Source: an uncultured bacterium (GTDB lineage: Bacteria; Chloroflexota; Dormibacteria; Aeolococcales; Aeolococcaceae). Taken from it: a stretch of DNA of 64,000 nucleotides. Shown in pieces: positions 19,231 through 27,087 of this stretch (position 1 is the first letter of the stretch; every line of letters starts with the position of its first letter). Under the pieces are notes generated by a model. That model ran no database searches, was not told the origin of the DNA, and saw nothing but the letters and a program-made list of their open reading frames with translations. The stretch covers positions 745,648 to 809,647 of the forward strand of contig CAWJYZ010000005.1 of assembly GCA_963847225.1 (NCBI GenBank), written 5' to 3'. The position numbers and the translations under genes were made by a program.

Positions 19231-20247
19231 ATGGACGTCACCGGCTGGCTGTTGGAATCTGATCCAGCGATCCGCTGGCAGGTGATGCGCGACCTCACCG
19301 ATGCACCCGAGGGGGAGATCGCGGCCGAGCGCGCCCGCGTCGCGACCGAGGGATGGGGCGCATGCCTGCTCGGCCTGCAGCGCCAGGATGGCCAGTGGGA
19401 TGGGGGCACTCCCGCGTTCACCTCCCCGGCCGCGACGACCTGGTGGCAATCCCTGCCACCCGAGAGCCGAGGAACCCTCTTCCCCGAATGGACCTCCACG
19501 ACCTGGAGCTTGGTGCTGTTGCGGGCATTCGGTCTTGAAGCTGCCAGCCCCGCAGCGCGGCGCGCCATCCGCCTGGTCCGTGAGCACTGTCGATGGGAGC
19601 ACGACGGCGAGCCCTTCTTCGCGGGCGAGGTGGAGCCATGCATCAACGGCCGCACGGTTGCCCTCGGCGCCTACTTCGGCGAGGACGTCTCGGGCATCAT
19701 CGACCGGCTCCTCGGCGAGCAGATGGTGGATGGCGGCTGGAACTGTGAGCAGGAGAAGGGATCGACGCGGGGATCGTTCCACAGCACGATCGAGGTGGTG
19801 GAAGGCCTGCTGGAGTACGGACGAGCCACGGGCGGCCCATCGGAAGTGAGCGCTGCCCGCCTCCGCGGTGAGGCATACCTCCTCGATCGGCGCATGCGTC
19901 ACAGGCTGTCGACCGGTGAGGTGATTGACCAGGACCGAACAACCGGTCGGCCTGCGACCTGGACGCAGTTCTCCTACCCCACCTACTGGCACTACGACGT
20001 GCTCCGAGGCCTCGATTATCTGCGCGCGGCTGGCGTCGCTCCGGACGACCGGGTGGCGGAAGCGATCGATGTGGTCGAGTCCAAGCGCGCTGCGGACGGT
20101 CGCTGGGCCCTTGAGAACCCCCATCCGGGCAGGGTGTACTTCGAGATGGATGAGGGTGAGGGTAGACCGAGCCGCTGGAACACCCTCCGGGCCATGCGGG
20201 TGCTCAGGTGGTACCAGCAGCCTCGACAAATCGGACTCCCCGGCTAG
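19231..20247 (+). CDS. Alpha/alpha-toroid protein with prenyltransferase/squalene-cyclase-type repeats
   Basis: Repeated QxxDG(G/Q)W motifs (LQRQDGQWDGG, EQMVDGGWNCE, KRAADGRWALE) are followed by aromatic/Leu patterns (YWHYDVLRGLDYL). It starts 15 bp after the MTase stop. Confidence 0.55.
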   Translation: MDVTGWLLESDPAIRWQVMRDLTDAPEGEIAAERARVATEGWGACLLGLQRQDGQWDGGTPAFTSPAATTWWQSLPPESRGTLFPEWTSTTWSLVLLRAFGLEAASPAARRAIRLVREHCRWEHDGEPFFAGEVEPCINGRTVALGAYFGEDVSGIIDRLLGEQMVDGGWNCEQEKGSTRGSFHSTIEVVEGLLEYGRATGGPSEVSAARLRGEAYLLDRRMRHRLSTGEVIDQDRTTGRPATWTQFSYPTYWHYDVLRGLDYLRAAGVAPDDRVAEAIDVVESKRAADGRWALENPHPGRVYFEMDEGEGRPSRWNTLRAMRVLRWYQQPRQIGLPG

Positions 20248-20311
20248 CTGAGCGGCGGCTTGACGGTGAGAACCGGCGCCGGGACGACCCTGCGGACTCA
20301 CGGCGGTTTTA

Positions 20312-20362
20312 AAGGTCACGTTAAAGGTCATGTCCGCGGGAAGTGACCTTTAACGTGACCTT
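20312..20362. promoter_or_regulatory. 51-bp perfect palindrome (19-bp arms AAGGTCACGTTAAAGGTCA / TGACCTTTAACGTGACCTT, 13-nt spacer)
   Basis: Read directly from the sequence. Each arm itself contains a direct repeat of AAAGGTCA. It lies between the convergent toroid-protein and amt genes. Confidence 0.8.
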
Positions 20363-20440
20363 GACTTCTCTGCTTCTACCGCATGTGCCGCACCGCGGCT
20401 TCTCGGATGTCCTGAGGGAAGGGCCTGTCCCTCCGATCCC

Positions 20441-21811
20441 CTACGAGGCTTCGGCGAAGACCGGTTCCGGCATCCCGATTTGCGGCGCGCCGGGGTACGG
20501 CTCGAGGTCGATGGCCACCTCGCCGTGCACCTGCTCGTCGCCGACACGGAGGTGAGCCTCCGGCGCCTGCAGCGGGACCACGAGACCGACGAGCTTGATG
20601 ATGACGAAGGTGGCCACCCCATCGAAGGCGATGATGAAGAGCAGCGCCAGGGCCTGGATGCCGAGGAGCTTGGGGTTGCCGAAGGCGAGGCCGGTGTCGG
20701 AGACGTTGTTCTTGAGACCGGGGGCGCCGTACACGATCATCGCCGGGTTGGCGAAAACGCCGGTGAGGAGACCGCCCAGGGCGCCGGCCACGCCATGCGT
20801 GTGCAGCACGCCGAGGGTGTCGTCGACCCGGCGGAAGATGGCGAGCCGCGCTGCGAAGTTGATGCTGAGCCAGGGCAGCGTGCCGGCGGCGAGGCCGATG
20901 ATGATGGCCGCCCAGCCGTCGACGAAGCCCGCCGCCGGAGTGATGGCCACGAGGCCGGCGATCATCCCGTTGATGGCGCCGGCGATGCTCGGCCGCTTGA
21001 ACCGCAGATAGTCCCACAGCACCCAGGTGAGGAGCGCAGTGGCCGTGCAGAGATGGGTGTTGACGATCGCTGCCGCGGCGTCGGCGTTGGCGAAGTAGGG
21101 ATCACCGCCATTGAAGCCGCTCCAGCCAAGCCACAGGAGGCCGCCGCCCGCCACCGCCAGCATGAGGTTGCTGGGCGACGAGTGCTGCCGGTCGCGAAGG
21201 AGCCGCGGGCCCACCACCGCGGCGGCCACGAAACCGGAGACGGCGGCTGCCACGTGGATGACGTAGCCCCCGCTGTAGTCGAGGGCTCCGAGCGACGACA
21301 GCCAGCCGCCGCCCCAGATGCTGAAGGCTCCGACCGAGTAGACGAGGGTGATCCACAGCGGCACGAAGAGGATCCAGGCCCGGAAGTTGATGCGGCCGAG
21401 GAGGGCGCCACCCAGGATGATCACGGTGATCGCAGCGAAGACGAACTGGAAGTAGACCATCGAGCTCATCGGGAAGCGCAGGGCGGGGATGAGCCCGGTG
21501 AGCAGGGGGATCGATGCTTGCTTGGTGAGGTCAGCGGCGCTGAGCACCGGGGCCGGCGTGCCCACCGCCGTGAAGCTGTGACTGATCGGATGCCCGAAGC
21601 TCATGTTGTAGGCGAAGAGGGTCCAGACGATGAGCGTCATGGCGAAGGCGTAGAGCACCATGAGCGCGGAGTTCACCGCCCACTTCCGCTTCATGAGCCC
21701 GGCGTAGAGGATGGCGAGGCCGGGGACGCTCATGATCCCCACCAACGTCGCCGCGGTGAGCTGCCAGGCGTTGTCGCCAGGATTCAACCAGCTGGGATCA
21801 GCGGTGGGCAT
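20441..21811 (-). CDS. amt: Ammonium transporter
   Basis: The N-terminus (NAWQLTAATLVGIMSVPGLAILYAGL) matches AmtB and the protein is 11-TM; 456 aa. Confidence 0.9.
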   Translation of the reverse strand: MPTADPSWLNPGDNAWQLTAATLVGIMSVPGLAILYAGLMKRKWAVNSALMVLYAFAMTLIVWTLFAYNMSFGHPISHSFTAVGTPAPVLSAADLTKQASIPLLTGLIPALRFPMSSMVYFQFVFAAITVIILGGALLGRINFRAWILFVPLWITLVYSVGAFSIWGGGWLSSLGALDYSGGYVIHVAAAVSGFVAAAVVGPRLLRDRQHSSPSNLMLAVAGGGLLWLGWSGFNGGDPYFANADAAAAIVNTHLCTATALLTWVLWDYLRFKRPSIAGAINGMIAGLVAITPAAGFVDGWAAIIIGLAAGTLPWLSINFAARLAIFRRVDDTLGVLHTHGVAGALGGLLTGVFANPAMIVYGAPGLKNNVSDTGLAFGNPKLLGIQALALLFIIAFDGVATFVIIKLVGLVVPLQAPEAHLRVGDEQVHGEVAIDLEPYPGAPQIGMPEPVFAEAS

Positions 21812-22247
21812 GATGACGCTCGACCTCCCATGCGGTCCGGATGGCCGGACCGTGTCTCACCTCTCAGAGAGGCTAGGCGTCGCGGCGGTGCCGAGATAGG
21901 TGCTCGCCGCACAACCGCAGCCCACCGAACTTTGTGCCCGACCGCTTTTCGCGCAGGATCGTCTCGCTGCGGCCGGCGGAGGTGCGCCTGGCCGCCCGGG
22001 CTATGGAACCGGCGAGCTAGCTGCTCGGTGGCTGGGGCTGCGCCGACCCGGTGCTGATCACCGTCTCCGCGGCGGGGAGGATCTCCCCCCAGGCATCGCG
22101 GTGCGCCGCGCCACTGTGGTAGTCCTGCTCGGTGCCGGTCTGGATGCGGCTAGAGTCCGGCGAGCACGGGAAGGGTGAGAAGCGGAAGAGCGCGGAGAAG
22201 GTGGAGAGCGCGGAGATGGCCGGGGAGGGCGTCCCCTGAGCGACAAC

Positions 22248-22640
22248 GTGGCGGCGGCGGAGGCGGCGTTTCGCTACAACATGCGGCCCCTCACCAGGGA
22301 AGCGCCGCGCTCGCTGAGCCGCGCCGTCGAGCGCATCGCCGGCACCGCGGGGCTGGCCCGCATCGCCCGCCAGGGGGCCGTCGAAGCGCTGGCGATCGAG
22401 GGGCTGCGATCCGATCAGGTCCGCGTCGCTGAACGCGTGGCACGTGGTAGCGGAGCCGAGCTGATCACGGCTCCCGACGCCGCGCGCGCCGTCCTCGTCG
22501 GTCCCGTCTCTGCGCTCGCCGGGCTGGCCCAGCAGCTGGCCGGGTGGGGCCCACCCACCGAGGACCTCGGCTCCACGCTGGCGGTGACGCTGACCGGACG
22601 TCAGCACCACCCACCGCTCCGCTGCGGTCCGCACTCTCTC
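22248..22640 (+). CDS. Hypothetical ORF / possible N-terminal extension upstream of folP
   Basis: Strong GC3 bias consistent with coding. It is in the same frame as, and contiguous with, the folP 5' end, with no stop between them. No domain recognised. Confidence 0.3.
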
Positions 22641-22643
22641 GAG

Positions 22644-23475
22644 GTGGGGCGGAGAACGCTCGTCATGGGCGTGCTCAACGCCACCCCAGAACTCCTTCTC
22701 GGGGGATGGCCTCGCCGGGGACGTCCCGGCTGCCGTGGAGCGCGCGCAGCAGATGGTCGCGGAGGGGGCGGACATCATCGACATCGGCGGCGAGTCCACG
22801 CGGCCGCACGCCGAGCCGGTGGACGCCGGCACCGAGCTGGCCCGGGTGCTGCCCGTCCTCCGCGCCCTCGCCGGCCGCCTTCCCGTCCCCATCTCCATCG
22901 ACACCCGCAAGGCGGAGGTCGCCGCCGCCGCTGTTGACCAGGGTGCCGTGATGGTCAATGACGTCTGGGGCCTCCGCGGCGACCCGGCGATGGCCGGGGT
23001 CCTCGCCGCCCACCCGGAGGTGGCCCTCGTCGCCATGCACAACCGGCATGGCACCGACTACCAGGACCTGGTCGCCGATGTCGCCCGCGAGCTGCGCGAG
23101 TCCCTTCTCATCGCCGCCCGCCAGGGGATCGACGACGACCGCATCCTGGTGGACCCGGGCTTCGGCTTCGGCAAGCGCCCGGCTCAAAGCCTCGAGCTGC
23201 TCGACCGCCTCGTCGAGCTGCGCGGCATCGGCCGCCCCCTCCTCATCGGCCCGTCGCGGAAGTCGACGATCGGTCTGCTCCTGGGGGGCGCCCCTCCCGA
23301 GCTGCGCATGGAGGGCTCCCTGGCCCTCTGCGTCATCGCGGTCGCGGCCGGCGCCGAGATGGTGCGCGTCCACGACGTGGCGGCGCTCCGCCGGGGGCTC
23401 ACGGTGGCGGACGCCGTGCTCCGCGAGATACCCCCGGGGCTGGCGGACGCCCCCGCGCCCGGTCCCACCGGATGA
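22644..23475 (+). CDS. folP: Dihydropteroate synthase (apparent +1 frameshift near 22689)
   Basis: RTLVMGVLNATP continues in another frame as SFSGDGLAGDVPAAVERAQQMVAEGADIIDIGGEST, matching DHPS (MGVLNxTPDSFSDGG ... GADIIDVGGES). One extra nucleotide in ccagaactcc breaks the frame. Confidence 0.75.
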
Positions 23476-23915
23476 GCCGACCGGTGCTCACCGACTGGGC
23501 CTGGCTTGCCCTGGGCTGCAACGTCGGCCACCGCGGCCGGGCTCTGGCCTGCCTGCGCGACGCCCTCACCGCCGGCGGACTCCACCTTCAGTCGGTTTCG
23601 AGCGAGATCCTCACCCGCCCGGTGGGCGTCACCGCCCAGGGCGACTTCCACAACCAGGTGGTCCTGGCCAGCAGCCCTGAGCCCTGGCCGCCTCCGCGCT
23701 GGCTCGAGGTGTGCGCCGTCGCCGAGGCCTCCTGTGGCCGCCGGCCGACCTACCCCTGGGGCCCCCGCCGGGCTGACGCCGACATCCTCCTCCTCGGCCG
23801 GCGCGGCGAGGTCGCCTCCGCCGCAGACCCCGCAGTGCCTCACCCGGAGCTTCCCCACCGTCCCTTCTGGCGCCGCCTCATCGCCGAGATTGACCCCACC
23901 ATCTTGGTGCCCTGA
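23472..23915 (+). CDS. folK: 6-hydroxymethyl-7,8-dihydropterin pyrophosphokinase (HPPK)
   Basis: N-terminal LALGCNVGHR...L and C-terminal PHPELPHRPFW match HPPK. The start overlaps the folP stop (ATGA). Confidence 0.75.
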   Translation: MSRPVLTDWAWLALGCNVGHRGRALACLRDALTAGGLHLQSVSSEILTRPVGVTAQGDFHNQVVLASSPEPWPPPRWLEVCAVAEASCGRRPTYPWGPRRADADILLLGRRGEVASAADPAVPHPELPHRPFWRRLIAEIDPTILVP

Positions 23916-23953
23916 GGTCCGATGGAAGGCCGGTTGCGGCTCCGTCGCCAGCG

Positions 23954-24610
23954 TCAGATCGGGAGGCGGTCGGCGAGCTGGGGAATGAGGCGCAGGGCCG
24001 CCTGGAGCTGGCGGGCGATACCCGCGAAGTCCGGGGGCTGCTCGAAGTCCAGGAGCCAGCTGTGCTCGGCGGTGAACTTCTCGACGAGGGTCGTCGCTCC
24101 CAGGGACGCGACGCCGATGTGCACCGACGGGCGGTCATCGTCGCGGAAGGCCTTGGCCAATAGACCCTGGACGGTGTCGACCCAGCCGGCCACCTCGGCG
24201 AGGTCGTGGAGCTCGTAGCCGCCGTCCCCGAGAACGAACTCCGCCTCCAGCTCCACGAAGGGCTGGGGCGTGACCTGGCGGTGGGGGCAGTCCTGCGATT
24301 CCTCGTCGTCGTGGTAGAGCTCGCAGTCGGCACCGGGGCCGTAGGCGGCGACATATGTCAGGAGCGCATCCCAGACGAAGCTGAGATGGACGTGGTAGCG
24401 CGAGGGCGGCTCGCCGGAGCTGAGCCGGATCGTGCACTCGAAGCGGCGCTCGCCCACCGACGGCTCGAGGTGGTGGCGCACGTCCTCAACGAAGAGCCCG
24501 GTCCCGTCCAGGGCCTCGACGAGGTCGGCGGACACCTCCTCATAGGAGGGGAAGCCGCTGCCCTCCTGGTTCGGCTGCTCTGCCGGCTCCGGCGCCGGGT
24601 GCTCAGCCAC
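23954..24610 (-). CDS. Hypothetical acidic protein
   Basis: 218-aa ORF with a balanced, non-repetitive composition. No recognisable domain. Confidence 0.45.
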   Translation of the reverse strand: MAEHPAPEPAEQPNQEGSGFPSYEEVSADLVEALDGTGLFVEDVRHHLEPSVGERRFECTIRLSSGEPPSRYHVHLSFVWDALLTYVAAYGPGADCELYHDDEESQDCPHRQVTPQPFVELEAEFVLGDGGYELHDLAEVAGWVDTVQGLLAKAFRDDDRPSVHIGVASLGATTLVEKFTAEHSWLLDFEQPPDFAGIARQLQAALRLIPQLADRLPI

Positions 24611-24613
24611 CCG

Positions 24614-24883
24614 TCATCGCCCACGGCTCCGCAGCCGCCGGGCGGTGAGCGCCACGAGGTTGACGAAGAGCACGAGCCCGAAGAGTGCGGCGAGCGAGCC
24701 GACGATCGGGGTCTCCACGGGAGGCAGGACGTACCCGTAGGTGGCGCCGATGGCCGCCGCGAAGAGGCCGACGGCGAGGAGTCCGAGGAGTCCCGCGGTG
24801 ATACCGACCACGGGATCGGGGGCGGGCCGCAGCGACGGCCGCGCCGTGCCGTCGCGCCGGGCCAGCATCGGCGGGGTGGCCAC
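24614..24883 (-). CDS. Small membrane protein (2 TM)
   Basis: Two hydrophobic segments, 89 aa, 3 bp downstream of the previous gene. Confidence 0.4.
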   Translation of the reverse strand: MATPPMLARRDGTARPSLRPAPDPVVGITAGLLGLLAVGLFAAAIGATYGYVLPPVETPIVGSLAALFGLVLFVNLVALTARRLRSRGR

Positions 24884-24935
24884 GCCGAGAGTCTACTCGG
24901 CGCGACGGAGCGGGCAACCGAGCCCGCGCTCGACC

Positions 24936-25661
24936 TCAGGAGTCGCCCGCCTCCACGCCGGCGAAGCGATAGCCGACCCCCGGCACCGCCAGGATGAAGT
25001 GGGGCCGGGACGGGTCGTCCTCGATCTTGCGACGGAGATTGCGGATGTGGACGTCGATGACCCGGGCGTCGATGGGGTGGCCGAACCCCCAGACGGCGTC
25101 CATGATCTTCTGGCGGGAGAGCACCTGCCCGGCGTTCTGAGCCAAGCAGGCGAGCAGGTCGAACTCCGTGTGGGTGAGAGCCACCTCCCCCTGGGGACGG
25201 ACGACCCGCCGCTCAGCCTGATCGAGGGTGATCCCGCGGAAGCGGAGGCGCGTCGGCCCCTTGGGGCGATCACTCGCCATCCTGGCGCGGGCCTTGCGCA
25301 GGTGGAGGGCGATGCGAGCCAGCAGCTCGCGGGGGCGGAAGGGCTTCTGGATGTAATCGTCGGCGCCCATCTCCAGACCGAGGACGATGTCGATCTCCTC
25401 GTTCTTGGCGCTCAGGATGAGGATCGGGGTCTGATCCCCCCGGCGGCGCAGCTCCCGGCAGACGTCGAAGCCGCTGGTGTCCGGGAGCATGAGGTCGAGA
25501 AGGATGACGTCGGGCCGGAAGGCCTCGGCGCGCGCCGCCGCGGGACCGCCGCGGTCCAGCTCGCTGACCAGATAGCCCTCGCTCTCGCAGGTGAGCCGGA
25601 TGGCGCGGCGGACGCCCTCGTCATCCTCCACCACCAGCACTCTGCTGCGCTGCCCTTCCAC
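24936..25661 (-). CDS. OmpR-family response regulator
   Basis: REC domain (VLVVEDDEGVRR...DVILLDLMLPDTSGFDVC...ILILSAKNEEIDIVLGLEMGADDYIQKPF) plus a winged-helix output domain (...VPGVGYRF). Confidence 0.85.
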   Translation of the reverse strand: MEGQRSRVLVVEDDEGVRRAIRLTCESEGYLVSELDRGGPAAARAEAFRPDVILLDLMLPDTSGFDVCRELRRRGDQTPILILSAKNEEIDIVLGLEMGADDYIQKPFRPRELLARIALHLRKARARMASDRPKGPTRLRFRGITLDQAERRVVRPQGEVALTHTEFDLLACLAQNAGQVLSRQKIMDAVWGFGHPIDARVIDVHIRNLRRKIEDDPSRPHFILAVPGVGYRFAGVEAGDS

Positions 25662-25830
25662 GCTCGTGAGGTATCCAACTCAGGGGTGGCCCTCTCGCCG
25701 GGGCTGCGCCGAGCGGCGCGGCGCCACAGGCACACCAGCGACGAGGTTGTTACTATACGGCCGAACTCAGAGCATCCGCCAAAACCGCCCTCGCGCGCGA
25801 TCAGAAGACTCACCCACCGGAGAAGGGTCC

Positions 25831-27087
25831 GTGCAGACTCAGGGCTCGCTGCAGGAATCGAGCCTGGCTTCGCTGCTCCAGACCATGCAGGTGGAGCGGG
25901 CCACCGGCTCTCTCTCCCTTGAGAGCGAGAGCGACAGCGCGTCGCTCTACTTTCTCTTCGGGCATCTCTTCCACGCCCAGAGCCCCAACTCCCAGGGCGA
26001 GGACGTCGTCATCAACGCGCTGGCCTGGCCGGAGGGACGGTACCGCTTCGACCCCCGGGCCAAGCTGCCCCCGGAGGAGACCATCAAGTCCTCTCCAGGT
26101 GAGCTGATCGCCGAGGCTGAGCGCCGCACCCCCAGCCAACCCGAAGCCGAGGAGGTCCCCTCCTGGGACGGGCAGCCGGCCTACGCGGCCCAGGGCGCAG
26201 AGACCGAGAATGGAGACCAGTACGTCGCCCCGAGCTGGGAGCCCGGAGCCGAGGAGCAGGGTGCCACCGAGGCACCGACCCCGGAAGGCGAGGGGTACTC
26301 GGGTTGGACCAGTGCATCGCCACCTTACGAGGAGCCCGGGCCGTACGAGGAGGCATCGCAACCGGCCGCCACTCCCTACCCGGAGCCCGGCCCGCAAGCC
26401 CCGAGCCCCGGGGCCTCGCAGGAGACGCCCATGCAGTTGCTCGGAGCTCCGAGCGCCGCCCCGCTCGAGATCGTCTATCCCCTCCCGGCAGGAAGGCCGC
26501 AGTACGAGGGCCTGAAGAGCGCCTTCGTCGACTTCCCGAAGCTGCTCCGCACCCTACGCGCAGATCAGCACACCGGATATGTCCGCCTCTCGAGCGGCGC
26601 GGCGACGAACGTCCTCCTGTTCCATGACGGCGAGCTCCTCGAGGCTCTCTCCAGCGAGCCGGGGGCGCCGAGCGGCGACCTGGCGTTCCAGGCGATGCGC
26701 CGCCACATGGATGCCGGAGCGGGGCTCTTGGACGTCATCGACCTGTCCGGCGACACCGTTGAGGCGCTCTCCCAGCTCCTGACGGCCCCGCTCCTGTACA
26801 CCGGCCTGCTCGGCCGCTTCATCAACTTCGACGCTCTGCTCGCCCATCTCACCGAGGAAAACGTCGAGGGCGCGGTCATGGTCGTCGGATCCGACGACGT
26901 CGGCATCATCCTCCTGAGCCAGGGGCAGGTGCTCGGTGCCTACACGCAGGCCAACCCCACGCTCAGCACCGCCACGGCCGGGGTGGCCAAGATCGCTGCG
27001 GAGAACACGGCCCGCATCGAGGTGAAGAGCGGTGCCGGCAGGGTGGCGGGAATCGACGTGGAGCACGCGCTCTCCCGGAGCTTTTGA
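25831..27087 (+). CDS. PATAN/DUF4388 domain protein with acidic Pro/Glu-rich linker
   Basis: N-terminal LASLLQTMQVERATGSLSLESESDSASLYFLFGHLFHA matches the DUF4388 signature. A second related domain lies near the C-terminus. GTG start with a ggag SD; divergent from the response regulator. Confidence 0.65.
   Translation: MQTQGSLQESSLASLLQTMQVERATGSLSLESESDSASLYFLFGHLFHAQSPNSQGEDVVINALAWPEGRYRFDPRAKLPPEETIKSSPGELIAEAERRTPSQPEAEEVPSWDGQPAYAAQGAETENGDQYVAPSWEPGAEEQGATEAPTPEGEGYSGWTSASPPYEEPGPYEEASQPAATPYPEPGPQAPSPGASQETPMQLLGAPSAAPLEIVYPLPAGRPQYEGLKSAFVDFPKLLRTLRADQHTGYVRLSSGAATNVLLFHDGELLEALSSEPGAPSGDLAFQAMRRHMDAGAGLLDVIDLSGDTVEALSQLLTAPLLYTGLLGRFINFDALLAHLTEENVEGAVMVVGSDDVGIILLSQGQVLGAYTQANPTLSTATAGVAKIAAENTARIEVKSGAGRVAGIDVEHALSRSF

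Noticed and set aside
19213-20555. ORFs 19213..20331 (-) and 20343..20555 (+), both beginning MTFNVT
   Set aside because: Both starts are generated by the two arms of the 51-bp palindrome. The longer one is antisense to the toroid-protein gene.
23954-24437. Possible toxin-antitoxin or mobile element near folK
   Set aside because: No transposase, integrase, toxin or antitoxin motifs recognised; only an acidic hypothetical protein and a small membrane protein.
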